DNA from: Octopus bimaculoides
Taxonomy: Eukaryota
DNA: 64,000 bases
Reading direction: 5' to 3'
Assembly: GCF_001194135.2 (NCBI RefSeq)
Contig: NC_068989.1
Location: 66,207,525 to 66,271,524, forward strand
Part shown: positions 1-14,063 of the stretch, one piece after another
Position numbering within the stretch: the stretch's first letter is position 1
Layout of the letters: every line of letters starts with the position of its first letter
Translations under genes and position numbers: made by a program
Notes under the pieces: model-generated
What the model was told of the DNA's origin: nothing
The model's input: the letters and a program-made list of their open reading frames with translations, nothing else
The model's database searches: none

Positions 1-1122
1 ATGCGACTAGCAATTTTTAAATGTCCAACCTTTTCCAATCTTCCAAGGTAAACAAGCATTGAAAGCTAAACCTTTCATGTTTTCAACATTAATAGAGTTA
101 ATTTACTGTCATTTCACAATCTCTAAGAAGATATCTCAGATGATATATTGAAAAAAAATAATGTAATATTGATTTTCTAATATCGGTAGTGTCGCAGTAA
201 AATCAATTTATGTACACGTTGTTTATATTCAATAGAGACGTAGATATAGAATATACTTTGAAAATATAGAGGAAGGAATCAACCAGCTATACACCAGACA
301 CAACATGAAATATCTACGTTTACCATTTTCTCCAGAGACGTGTGTTATTTTCCCCCACGGATTACAACCTTATAAGTTAATGACAGGTGCTTAGATAATT
401 CCATTATCTTTGAAGAGATGACATATATTAATTTTACAGAAAGCTAACTATAATGAGCTTCTGATGACAGCATAAGTGACTGGTCAAAACAGAGGGGAAA
501 GAGGCAAAAGATTTAAATTTAAAACTCTGGGGTTTGTATATGCTGGCCAATAACCGAGGTTCAGATCAGTTGAAGTGGAACTCTGATGAAAATTTGGCAC
601 CAAATAATAAATTATTAACAATACCCGTGTCTTTGAATAGCACGTAAGGTATATTCTACGCAGCAATTAGTAACTAGGATGTGTCATCTTAATTCTCCTA
701 ATGCGCCCTTCCTCTTCACAATTATTTCCTTTATAATTTCTTAAAATTTTGACTAACATTTAAGATAAATGGAAATATATTTCGGTGACAATTTGTTTAA
801 CTGAATATTTTAACTTCTAATTAGAAAATGACTATAAAATTGCTATGTAACACAATACTGCCTCTCCTTATAAATAAATTTCCCAAAGTTATTCTCTCGT
901 CTATTAATGCTTTACTAAAAATATTTATTAACTCAGTGTATATTAATATTAATCAATCCATAATGTATTATTGTTTCATCTACCGTATTACATCATTATT
1001 TAATATCCGTTTCCATTGATTTTGTCACGTTTTTGCTCCCACCGCATTCTAATAGTAAATTAATAACAGCCAAGTCTTATTGAAATATATTTATACACTA
1101 TCTTTCTATATTTGATCCTCCT

Positions 1123-1390
<268 letters not shown>

Positions 1391-2146
1391 ACACGCATTT
1401 TTATATAGCTATATGCGGGTATATATATATATATATTATACGCATGTAAATATGCATAAATCTATACTAACAAACATATATGCACACATTCAAGCATACA
1501 CACAAAATATAAGTACATAAATACTTTAGTTGTACGATATAATACATGCAGCAGATTATGATACAGATGGATAAAAATGATTTTGTCACGTGACAGTTCG
1601 ATATTGCGTCAAAATAGTCGCAAGAGAGATATGATAAGAGTTGACGCTGCGTATATATCTGTTCAGTGATAAGTTTCAATACACTGTAGAATATCAGAAT
1701 TTATATTAGTAGATGTTGCAATAAATATTTAATCATCTCCACCTTAACATGATGTATGAAACGGTAATAAATGTCTTGAGCAATGTTATTTAAATATTGA
1801 TTTTAATATCTTTTAGTATACATTGTGTGGGTTTCTAGTATATTTCAGTGTATAGGTACACACGCACACACACACACACATACACACACATATGTATATG
1901 AGTGTGTGTACATATGTATTTATATATATATATAATATATATACATAGCTATGTATATATATATATATANNNNNNNNNNNNNNNNNNNNNNNNNNNNNNN
2001 NNNNNNNNNNNNNNNNNNNNNGCGTATATAGGAATGTATCTCTCTATATATGTGTATATACATATGTGTGTATATATATGTGTGTGTATATGTGTATATA
2101 TGTATATGTATGTATATGTCTGAACATACATGCGTAATTATACATT

Positions 2147-2177
<31 letters not shown>

Positions 2178-2192
2178 ATATATATACATAGC

Positions 2193-2235
<43 letters not shown>

Positions 2236-2334
2236 TCATACGTATGTATATTTATACATACATACATACATACATACGTACGTACATACGTACGTACGTA
2301 TGTATGTACGCGACGCGCATACGTTTAAGAGTAA

Positions 2335-3330
2335 ATGTTCTTGTAAGATTTCAGCATAAATTAATAATGATAGAAAAATGTCTGAATTGATGGAGTTATC
2401 TTTTCTTTATTTATGTATAGAAAGTTATAAAATGTCCGATTTTTCCGAGGAAGCGTAAAATGCTTCTCTTTATGTATCGCTGTCTGGTGCTGGTGATTCT
2501 CCTTTGTATTTTATGACACCGGATATGATATTATCTTGTCTTAGATCCTCACCCTCCTTCATTTATTTGTATTTCACTTCGTATGGTGTAATTTCAGGGA
2601 AGTGAAGCAACGTTGAGACTCAATGGCGTTGTCTTCTGTAATAATCGCTGTTGCTTCTGTCACTGAAGTATAGATTTTTAGCAAAACTGCATCCTGTGAT
2701 GTCATCTTCTTTCAATACTTTCATTTTGGACAACTTTTATTTACCTTCCAAAGAGTTGATAGCATCTCCTTTTTGAATTGTTGATTCTATGGTGTTCATT
2801 TATATTTTATGTTGTCTACTTTTTACTACTTAACTGTTTATACATTTTTTATGTTTCTGTCTTGTTTCTAATAGAGTTTATTTTTCGTTCCTTCATCAGA
2901 TCGTGTGATTTCTAGGATAATTTGTTGACGTTTTTGTCACGTGTTTCTCTTTATCATTCACCTATTCATTGAGAGCTTTTACTATGTTGTTATTTGAAAC
3001 TTAAATGTCGTCACTTCGTGTTTGTTCTATAATTATTGTTTTGTTAATGTCAGCTTGGAAAAGATCGATTTGACACTTAACGATCCTAAGTGGTTTGTTT
3101 TCTGAATGAAACAGTTACTTTCGTTCATTTGGCAAGTCGGTTTTGAGCATTTTTCTTCCCGTCCTGTGATCATTGTTTAACCTTGCTAATCACTTCACTG
3201 TTTCGAACTGCACAATAGCTTGTTTATTTGTTGCAATTTAATCTCGGATTTGTAGTCCGAACATTTCTGGTGTCATTTCTGTTGCTTCTTAATTTTTGAA
3301 GAGGTCACTTGCTATTTCTTTTAGATCTTT
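2335..3330 (-). mobile_element. Highly degraded RTE-clade LINE fragment (end of APE endonuclease, linker, start of RT)
   Basis: Hand translation of the minus strand across stops and frameshifts gives NDHRTGR (cf. APE SDHRxV), NKLS*KSHDLMKERK, and FPEITPYEVKYK*MKEGEDLRQDNIISGVIKYKGE (cf. ITxxEVxxAxxxMKxGKAPGxDxIxxExIKxGGE). Confidence 0.6.
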
Positions 3331-3646
3331 AGAACTTATAGACAGGCAAAAATATATAAGGTCTTTTCCCCTCTCATTTTTGTTACTCTGTGAGAATTTT
3401 CATAGTAACTAAACATTTTCTTCCCCTCATTTTCCTGGGATTTATATTTCTCGTTACGAAACTACAATGGTCAATTACTTCGTTAACATATCTATAGATT
3501 AGTTTCAGTCCTTAGCTACTTGTAGGTGTTTATAGATATAATTAGTCTATTTTAAAGGTGGCATCTTGTGATACTTTCAGGACAACTCTAGCAACTCGAT
3601 CGGAAATACCGTCCATTTCATATATGTATGTATATTTGTATATGCA

Positions 3647-3706
<60 letters not shown>

Positions 3707-3745
3707 CATACATATATATGCATACATTTCTTATTTTTATATTCT

Positions 3746-4069
3746 TTCTACTTGTTTCATGCAGCCGTGCTTGACCACCGCCTTGAAGTACTTTAGTCCA
3801 ACAATTCAACGCCAGAACTTCTTTTAGGCATGGAATTTTGCCGAATCGCTATGTTACGGGGACATAAGCACACTAAAACCGGTTGTCAAGCTGTGGTGGC
3901 GGACAAACACACACACATAAAGAAACACACACGCATAAAGAAACACACAGATATATACATACATATGTATAAACCACGGTCTTATTTCAGTGTCCGCCTA
4001 CCAAATCCACTCACAAGGCGTTAGTCAGTCGGAGGTTATAGTTGAAGACACTTGCCCAAGGTGCCACGC

Positions 4070-4070
<1 letters not shown>
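3746..4070 (-). mobile_element. SINE family A (composite, internal microsatellite), tRNA head missing
   Basis: Matches the reverse complement of 14064-14461; ends at gtgccacgca, then (TA)n. Confidence 0.8.
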
Positions 4071-4094
<24 letters not shown>

Positions 4095-4100
<6 letters not shown>

Positions 4101-4493
4101 TTTAAAATAGGATAAAATCTTTATAAGAATTTATCAAGTAGTTAGCGTGAAAAACCTAATAAGGGAAAAATTATTAATTATTCCCTTTAAATATATTTAT
4201 GTATAGTAATTTTTATGCACTAATTATGAAATCATATGATCTGCGGCTAAATCTGTTTTTAAAAGGCTCGCTTCGAGCTTTGCATTCCCTCGCGTTCGGT
4301 ACAATGTGTTTCTTATGATAGTTTTGATTTTAGGAGTCCCTCCTAGCATGAGGCATTTATGTATTATAATGCTCTTAATATAAATAAATATATTTAAAGG
4401 GAATAATTAATAATTTTTGTTTCCCTTATGAGGTTTTTCACGCTAACTACTTGATAAATTCTTATAAAGATTTTATCCTGTTTTTAAATTGTA
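4095..4493. mobile_element. Fold-back/MITE-like element with ~106-113 bp terminal inverted repeats
   Basis: 4095-4200 (tacaattttaaaataggataaaatctttataagaatttatcaag...) is a near-perfect reverse complement of 4381-4493; a ~180 bp core lies between. Confidence 0.85.
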
Positions 4494-4690
4494 AATTTAA
4501 CAGTGCTGAATTTTATTCTGAATAAACACATGTACCGAGATGCAATTCGAAAAGTCCGCCTCTTACATAGATATATAAGTGTGAACAATTCTATGTACTA
4601 TGCTGGATACATTTGGTGTTCGTCTGATATGTTGATTTTTTTGTTCATTTTGATGTCTTGATTATGCCTGCATGGACGATTAAAATGTGC

Positions 4691-4872
4691 ATTTTTGTGC
4701 ACTAATTATGAAATCATATGATCTGCAGCTGAATCTGTTTTTAAAAGGCTCGCTTCGAGAGTTGCATTCCCTCGCGTTCGGTACAATGTGTTTATTATGG
4801 TAGTCTTGACTTTAATTGTCCCTCATAGCGTGAGGCATTAATGTATAGTAATGCCCTTAATATAAATAAATA
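4691..4872. repeat. Second copy of the fold-back core (4211-4390) without arms
   Basis: Shares gcactaattatgaaatcatatgatctgc...aaaaggctcgcttcgag...cgcgttcggtacaatgtgttt; runs into (TA)n/(CA)n. Confidence 0.85.
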
Positions 4873-4950
4873 TATATATATGTATGTATGTACGTACACA
4901 CATACACACACACAACCACACACACACGCACTCACACACACACGCACACA

Positions 4951-4996
<46 letters not shown>

Positions 4997-5560
4997 CGGT
5001 TATAAAACTTGTAGGATCTGTGTTGCTCCATCTAGGATTGTCGTAAAGTGAATGCAGGCCTCAACACAAGGTACAGTGCATAAGACAGCATTCAGCATCG
5101 TTGAGATACCAGGGCGTTGTAAGATATATAACTACTATAATACCATAAATTAAACTCAGTTCACAGCACTTCTGCATAATGACAGTTTGCTGTGTTTTAT
5201 TTAGCGTTTTGCAATCGTTTTCTGTATTTTTTTCATATGTATATTTGCACAATTCTATCTGTACGTCAGGATGTTCCATTCCGGACACATCTCACTGGTC
5301 TGTAACTACGAAAATATCTAAACCTCAATACCATCTCATTGAGTTGCCATATATTGATGACACCCTACAGTCATATTTTGTAGCATTGCTCTACAGTTAT
5401 TAGCTGCTTGTCAATAACCTGACAGATATTTATATAACTCTGGGATTTTTTTATTACTTTTACATTTTATGATTTTGAGCACTTTGTGACAATTCATTTA
5501 TATAACGAAAAGATACCGCATTGTATGCTCTACAAGTTACAACTTGAATATGCGTGCGTA

Positions 5561-5599
<39 letters not shown>

Positions 5600-6409
5600 G
5601 GATGTGTGTATTCTCGCTNNNNNNNNNNNNNNNNNNNNNNNNNNNNNNNNNNNNNNNNNNNNNNNNNNNNNNNNNNNNNNNNNNNNNNNNNNNNNNNNNN
5701 NNNNNNNNNNNNNNNNNNNNNNNNNNNNNNNNNNNNNNNNNNNNNNNNNNNNNNNNNNNNNNNNNNNNNNNNNNNNNNNNNNNNNNNNNNNNNNNNNNNN
5801 NNNNNNNNNNNNNNCTCTCTCTCTCTGTCACACTCTCTCTATTATTCTCTCTCTTTCTTTCGCTGCATTCTCTCCTCTGTTCCTTATCGCGACAAATTTA
5901 GTTCCCCTTTTATTTCCTTCCAATAGTAATCTTAATCTTTATTCAGTAATCTTTATTTAACTGCGTGCAAATTATTCATTGTTGAAGCTTAAGCCTGTTA
6001 TAATGAAGTCATTAACATATTTAAGATAGTTTCTTGGAGGTTGTGAGGAGGGGGTCAGATGGCAAGGTGACATAATATGACGGTACGTCATGCAACGGAA
6101 TGGTAGAAAGAAGCCAGGAGTTCAGGTGTGGGACTGAGAATATGTCATCTATATATCTTATTCACACTCTGGATGGTATTGGCAGGGTAAGGTATGTTGT
6201 GTTCAACTCTTTCCCAACTCTTACTCTTCGCATTCGCGTTAAATTTTTCTCAATCTTAATATCATTTTAATCAGAGAATGAAATTAAATGAACGGAAAAT
6301 CTGAGCAAACAGATTTGTGTCAAATAAAATACTTGTTGAAATATTGATTTCTGACGTAGAGACAACGATTCGGATTTTCAGTGTAGGAAATTTGATTTCA
6401 AGTTACATG

Positions 6410-6620
6410 TATGGCTGCGTGCTTAAGAAGTTTACTTTCTAAACCAAGTGAATTCGGGTTCAGTCCCACTGCGCAAGGCTTTCTCTAAATGTCTTCTACT
6501 ATAACTCCAGACTGACTAATGCCTAGTGAGAGAATATGGTAGACGAAAACTGTGTGGAAGACCAACTTATATATATATATATATATGTATATATGTGTGT
6601 GTGTCTGTTTGTGAGTGTGT
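6410..6620 (+). mobile_element. SINE family A, old 5' half
   Basis: ggctgcgtgcttaagaag...gggttcagtcccactgcg...gtcttctactata, followed by (TA)n/(TG)n. Confidence 0.7.
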
Positions 6621-8437
6621 GGCAGTGTCGAGAGAAAGAGAGTGAGAGAGTATGTGGTTGGATACTATCTATAGTCCCATTGGTCACACTCGGAAACCCA
6701 GCCAGCCAGACGATGTAATGACGGTTGTTTCTGGTAGAACTTTATGGAGGAAGTGCTTGGAACTCTATTCACATAGCCCTCCCAAGAATAGTGGGCGGAG
6801 AAAATGGGTAGAGAGATGGAACAGTGTTATTACCTCGGCTTGACAAAAGCTTATCTTTTGCTGCTAACCACTCCCAATTATTTAACAGAAGATTCCTGAA
6901 ATATACGTAAACACATGTCGACAGATGTGTAATAGGTGGAAATAGAAGATGGCTGAAAGAATACAAGTCAAAATAACAATCAAATAAACATATACCAAAA
7001 GCTAAAGAGATAGTGCGAAATGAGGGAGAATTGTTTATTGACGATTTTGCGCATTGGAATTTGACGGCAAATAAAACGGTTTAAATTTTTGGTTGCTAAA
7101 CTTCGATTATAAAAGTTCACAAATTGACAGTATGATGCAAAAATCATATTAGAGTAATGTGAAGATAATTTCTATCATACTGGTATTTCAAAGGCATATG
7201 AAATAGTTGAACCAACTATTAATTTTTCAAAAAAACTAAAACAATAATGGATGCGTCGGCAGAGCTGAAAGCAGATTCTCAAAGAAACAAGAAGGACGAT
7301 ACTATTTTTCACCTGTAAAACGTGGGCATCGTTCTTTCGATTTTCTTTCACGTCACATTAGACTTTGGTGGAGAGATCATATAAGACTGAAAAATATCCA
7401 TGGTTGTTGCTTTGTAATCTATATATCAAATTAGCCTTCCTTAGCATAGTTCGGATTTATATATANNNNNNNNNNNNNNNNNNNNNNNNNNNNNNNNNNN
7501 NNNNNNNNNNNNNNNNNNNNNNNNNNNNNNNNNNNNNNNNNNNNNNNNNNNNNNNNNNNNNNNNNNNNNNNNNNNNNNNNNNNNNNNNNNNNNNNNNNNN
7601 NNNNNNNNTATATTCAGTATAACTACCAGCAGAAAACTGACTGATGGGTGATATTTGTTCGTATACGTATAATATTTAGGTATCTAATAATATTGGCAAC
7701 TGTAAACATCCATGAAAATTTATGACTACAAAAGTCATCACCTTATTTTACTGTATGTAACTACATCGTTTTTCTTACTGAAATAATGGAGAAAGGCTAT
7801 CATGTTAGTTCAGCACGTGTTCTGAAGAAATATGCAAAAACTGAAAGACGGAGTGTGTTAGACAGGGAGAACGAGAGCGTGCAAAGAGGGTAAGAATTGT
7901 TTATAGACAATATATAGAAAAATTGTGCGTTAGAGAGCTAACACTTGCTTAGTCATCCACAAGAAATACCAGTGAAAATTTTCATGTATACACAGCCAGC
8001 TTTAAGATCGCATATATTCCACAATACGGTCAGTGATATTAAAACAAAGGAGCAGTTTGATTGCGAATAATAACAATAAGGTTTATTCCGAGGCAACACT
8101 GGAACTCAGAGAGGCAACCTAATTATAGTTATCGTCATCATTCTCTTGCAGATGTAAAATATAAAAGTACTTGGTGAAACAAAAATAAAAAAAAACGATG
8201 CGAGATACAAGAAATGTTGACATTTCGTTAACACACACATACATACATACGCACATACAAACACACGCACAAGCACACACACATATATATATATATAAAT
8301 ACGCATACATACACACGCACATACAAACACTCACACAAGCACACACACACAAGCACGTACACACTCACACACATATATATAAATACACATAGATACACAC
8401 ACACATGTATATTTATATGTATTTGTATGTATATATG

Positions 8438-8470
<33 letters not shown>

Positions 8471-9178
8471 NNNNNNNNNNNNNNNNNNNNNNNNNNNNNN
8501 NNNNNNNNNNNNNNNNNNNNNNNNNNNNNNNNNNNNNNNNNNNNNNNNNNNNNNNNNNNNNNNNNNNNNNNNNNNNNNNNNNNNNNNNNNNNNNNNNNNN
8601 NNNNNNNNNNNNNNNNNNNNNNNNNNNNNNNNNNNNNNNNNNNNNNNNNNNNNNNNNNNNNNNNNNNNNNNNNNNNNNNNNNNNNNNNNNNNNNNNNNNN
8701 NNNNNNNNNNNNNNNNNNNNNNNNNNNNNNNNNNNNNNNNNNNNNNNNNNNNNNNNNNNNNNNNNNNNNNNNNNNNNNNNNNNNNNNNNNNNNNNNNNNN
8801 NNNNNNNNNNNNNNNNNNNNNNNNNNNNNNNNNNNNNNNNNNNNNNNNNNNNNNNNNNNNNNNNNNNNNNNNNNNNNNNNNNNNNNNNNNNNNNNNNNNN
8901 NNNNNNNNNNNNNNNNNNNNNNNNNNNNNNNNNNNNNNNNNNNNNNNNNNNNNNNNNNNNNNNNNNNNNNNNNNNNNNNNNNNNNNNNNNNNNNNNNNNN
9001 NNNNNNNNNNNNNNNNNNNNNNNNNNNNNNNNNNNNNNNNNNNNNNNNNNNNNNNNNNNNNNNNNNNNNNNNNNNNNNNNNNNNNNNNNNNNNNNNNNNN
9101 NNNNNNNNNNNNNNNNNNNNNNNNNNNNNNNNNNNNNNNNNNNNNNNNNNNNNNNNNNNNNNNNNNNNNNNNNNNNNN

Positions 9179-9236
<58 letters not shown>

Positions 9237-10561
9237 GTGTGCATTCATTGATACATATATATTTCTGCTGCCAATATGTATGCACGGGCCCCATCAACTA
9301 TATAATTTTCATGGCTAGCAGAGAACTGCACGGTGGGCGGTTTTTCTGCCCGTATATTTGACGTTAAGCTGTCAAACTTCGTTGGGGGTAGGATTTAGGT
9401 TGACACACTTGGAAAAGAATTGCGGAGGTGGGGGCACTATTAGCAGCTTTAGCACGCAGCTTATAATCCTGCTATCGACACGGTCAGAATAATATGCACG
9501 ATACCGAATTTATACATATATGTGCATATATTTTTGTGCGCATACGTGTATGTATGTATTTATACGTATGTACGTATGTATGTATGTATGTATGTATGTA
9601 TGTATGTATGTATGTATGAATGTATGTACACGCACACATTTATATAAAAATAACTAGACATATATATTTATAAAGATATACAAATATATATTCATGTATA
9701 TAGATGTAGTAGTTCCATATATGTATATATACATATGCATATATACATATATACATGCCTGTATCTATAAGTGCATGTATGTATGTATGTATGTATGTAT
9801 GTACGTATGCAATCTTCAGTTATGTTTAACTAGTATAGAATCAACTTTGGATTTCTTGTCACCATGATCTTTCATGCAGCAATTTTTCCTATTTTCCTAT
9901 AATCGCATAGATACATACATACATACCTACATACATACATACATACATACATACANNNNNNNNNNNNNNNNNNNNNNNNNNNNNNNNNNNNNNNNNNNNN
10001 NNNNNNNNNNNNNNNNNNNNNNNNNNNNNNNNNNNNNNNNNNNNNNNNNNNNNNNNNNNNNNNNNNNNNNNNNNNNNNNNNNNNNNNNNNNNNNNNNNNN
10101 NNNNNNNNNNNNNNNNNNNNNNNNNNNNNNNNNNNNNNNNNNNNNNNNNNNNNNNNNNNNNNNNNNNNNNNNNNNNNNNNNNNNNNNNNNNNNNNNNNNN
10201 NNNNNNNNNNNNNNNNNNNNNNNNNNNNNNNNNNNNNNNNNNNNNNNNNNNNNNNNNNNNNNNNNNNNNNNNNNNNNNNNNNNNNNNNNNNNNNNNNNNN
10301 NNNNNNNNNNNNNNNNNNNNNNNNNNNNNNNNNNNNNNNNNNNNNNNNNNNNNNNNNNNNNNNNNNNNNNNNNNNNNNNNNNNNNNNNNNNNNNNNNNNN
10401 NNNNNNNNNNNNNNNNNNNNNNNNNNNNNNNNNNNNNNNNNNNNNNNNNNNNNNNNNNNNNNNNNNNNNNNNNNNNNNNNNNNNNNNNNNNNNNNNNNNN
10501 NNNNNNNNNNNNNNNNNNNNNNNNNNNNNNNNNNATATATACATATACGTAAATGAATTTT

Positions 10562-10614
<53 letters not shown>

Positions 10615-11088
10615 ACATATATATTCACATACATATATATATATATATATATACATACATACATACATACATACATTACATACATACAAATAGCTCTTGA
10701 TAGTAATTGGAATTGATTTTTACGTATTATTTAATTTCAGGACGATACAGATTTAGTTAAAATAATTTACCTACTTAGTCTTCAACGAATCAAGAGTCTG
10801 TATTAAATAAATGACGGACGACGTTATGTCTATTCACACACTCTTTATCCTAAGTGCATTATATCTAGGTCTTTATATGTATGTGACTTCATTTACTTGT
10901 CACCCATATCGAAGAGAAAAGATATAATCAACCTAGGGAATGTTACAGAAGGAAAGGGAAATCAATGAATTCATTTTGAAATAGTGTATATTGCAAAGAG
11001 TGTTTGTCGCTTCAAACTAATACAGCTATACAAAGTCTGACATTCACAAACCAAAGTATATGTATGTGCATACCTATATATATATAGA

Positions 11089-12140
11089 GAGAGAGAGTAG
11101 ACTGATAAGTTCATAGTCTAACTAATAAAGAGAGAGAGTAGACTGAAAATTTCATAGGCTAACTAAGATATTCTCATAGGATGTGGACAAATGAGATCTA
11201 CTTTTCAACATAGTCCCCCTTGCGGTCCACACACTTCTCCCATTGGTGTTGCAGAGCTTGGATCCCATTGGTGATGAGGCTTCTATCCTGTTAGACAAAA
11301 AAGTCATCAACAGCGTGCCATCATCGCTGCAATAGTGCTGTTCATGCTGGGAAAATCAGGAGAATAGAGAAATTGATCAATCAAGTCAAAGCCACGGTAA
11401 TGCAAGCATCCTACTAAAAGCAAGGACTTGTGTACTGAAGCATTGTTCTTATGAAGCAGAAACCCTTTCATCAGTTTTTCTGGGGGTTTGGTCTTGATAA
11501 ACATTCGTATCTGCCTCAGCAAGTTGGCATAGTACCGTCCATTTTTGACGATGTCAATTAACACGATACCTTTCACATCTCCAAACACTGAGGCCATCAC
11601 CTTTCCTGCAGATGAAACAACCTTGGTCTTCTTTGCAGCTGGTGAGGAGGCGTGTCTTCATTGTATGGATTGTCTCTCTGTCTCTGGCTCAAAGTGATGA
11701 ATCCAGCACCTATCTTGACTAAGGAAACGGTCAAGGAATCCAGCTGCATCTGCTTCAAACAATGTCAGATTTTCCCATGATGTGATCAGCCTGGTACACA
11801 TTTATCAGGTGTTAGAAGATATGGTGGCCACCGACCGGAAAATTCAGGCATGCTAAGTTCATTGTGCAGGATGTTCTCAACTCTCGCACGAGCTATGCTA
11901 ATAGTATTGGCTATTTGATACATGGTCAATCGCCTGTCATCTATCCCTAAGTGGGGAAGCTGGTCAATGTTTTCCTCGGTGGTAATTTTATATCTTCAGA
12001 GTTTATCTTCCGACCTCTTTTCGTGATGAACACTAAACTCATTTATCTCAAACTGCATCCCAATATACTTGCTGAATATTCTTGCTGTTTGGATTTGAAA
12101 ATCCAGGACATTTTTCCCCATTTCGTATATACTTTGAGGT
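11089..12140 (-). mobile_element. Mariner-type transposon relic (transposase pseudogene plus 3' TIR)
   Basis: Minus-strand peptides DRRLTMYQIANTISIARARVENILHNEL, KVMMASVFGDVKG..YYANLLRQIR..YSPD and C-terminal NGIQALQHQWEKCVDRKGDYVEK* (stop 11198-11200); TIR-like gagagtagactgaaaatttcataggct. Confidence 0.9.
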
Positions 12141-12329
12141 CATCCACGTATATTTATTCGTACTTTCGTTTTAGTAAACTCACAGGCAAACTTAAATTTT
12201 CTCAGTACACTTGTGGAAGGGACATATATAATGACGAAGAGTAATAGAGGCAGTGAGTTCTCCCTGGAATATACTCCTGTGTACATTCACGTTTCCGAAC
12301 GATACATTTGCGCATGTTTGTTGGTATTA

Positions 12330-12348
12330 TTATTATCACTACTACTAC

Positions 12349-12405
<57 letters not shown>

Positions 12406-12410
12406 CAGGA
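12330..12410. repeat. (AGT)n microsatellite
   Basis: Directly visible; source of the poly-Ser, poly-Leu and poly-Val ORFs. Confidence 0.95.
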
Positions 12411-13279
12411 GAGGAGTGGCGTGGTGGAGTATAGTTATTGCTCTCGTTATTATCATATCGGCATCTATTGCAGTGTTTATCGCTGCATCTCCATCCCTAT
12501 TTCTGCAGTATATACAGACCATGCATCCATATATTTATCATATCTCTAAAGAAACGAGAGACGTAACACCTGGCCAAACTGTAAGTAGAAAATCAATGCT
12601 ACGAATATATAAGTTTGTGTATGTATGCATATAAATATATGCATACATATATGAATATAAATACATACATACATATACATGCACATATGTGTGTGTGTAT
12701 TTGTATGTATTTATGTCTGTGTGTAACTATATATGCATGTATATACCTGTATTAAACATACACACATACATACATGCATACATACGCACATACTTAGTCC
12801 GAATTGATTTAGTACACTAAGAGCGAAATTAATTCGTGAATGCTTAAGAAAACCAAGATCATGATACGAAACCAGTTTTGAAAATCTTCAGCAGTTACAA
12901 TTGAATCTTTCTTCGATTGAATAGCGCAGGTAATTATCAACAGTAGTCCAGTGAAACTCAACCTTCCTAAGTAGCTTCCTTATCTCTTACCTACTGCCCT
13001 CTCTCCCCTTTTAATCTCCCATGCACTATATGTGTTTCATTGTTACTAAAACCTTTTATTGTATAAAACTACTTGATAAGGCTATTCACAGTGTAACCTG
13101 TAGAGTTTGCAATCCGTATTTATCTCACGCTATTTTGTATTATTATAACACACACTATATGTGCTATATGTTGACAAAATTATTTTATCTTCAATTTTAC
13201 GATAGTTATACGATTTATCTCAAATTTTGTCCTATTTTGTGACTATTAGTTGAAATTATGACACCAGAACTTCTGTGTT

Positions 13280-13730
13280 GTATGCGTGAGTGTGTATGTG
13301 TATGTGTATGTGTGTGTGTATGTATGTGTGCGTGTGTATGTATGTGTGCATTATTTTTTACAAGGAAAAGGTTTTCAGTGACTTCGAAATGTATGTAGGT
13401 ATGCATGTAATATATTGTATGAATATATATTTTATATGTATACGTGTATATATGTATGCATATATGTGCCTACGAATATATTGTAGTTTTGTATGCGTGT
13501 ATCTATTCTTGTATGTATATGAGTGCATATATTTATATATATGTATATATTTTTATATAGGTCTATACATATGTGCGTATGTATACATGCATATACGTAT
13601 GTTTGTATGTAGTGTATGTATCCATGTATATATGTGTGTGTGTGTGTGTGTGCGTGCGTGCGTGTGTGTGTATGTATTGTATTATCTGTATACAGGTATG
13701 TATATGTCTTCATGCGTGTATCTTCGTGCT
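13280..13730. repeat. Degenerate (TG)n/(TATG)n microsatellite field
   Basis: Directly visible; explains ORF 13290..13784. Confidence 0.9.
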
Positions 13731-13734
13731 TGCG

Positions 13735-13920
13735 TTTATCTTTCCCCGCTTCACAACCGGTGTTGGTTTACTTACGTCCCGTAATATAGTGTTTAGGCAA
13801 ATAGAGTACGATCCCATAAATATAACATTTAAAATAAGCATTGGGTTCCTTTTGATCAACTAAACCATCCATGGAGATGTGCCAGTATGACCGCAATCCA
13901 TTAAATGAAACAAAGAATAG
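13735..13920 (+). mobile_element. SINE family A, old 3' half
   Basis: ccgcttcacaaccggtgttggtttacttacgtcccgtaa... resembles the family A tail. Confidence 0.55.
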
Positions 13921-14063
13921 TTGATCAAAACCAAAAACCATATTCTTTACCACTTATTAATACCTGTGATGGAGTACCTCCTTCTTTATTCATTCTTATA
14001 ATGTATTAATTTATATATATATTTAATGAGCTAATATATGTCATTGTTGCACGTTTATTATTT

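Noticed and set aside
440-650. AG...GTAAGG-bounded putative exon
   Set aside because: Stops in all three frames from the acceptor; no recognisable protein.
8228-10716. Long ORFs of 250-460 aa here and at 24638-27878, 34923-36367, 42001-44197 and 47471-49925
   Set aside because: They consist of dinucleotide-repeat translations and X from N-gaps; not genes.
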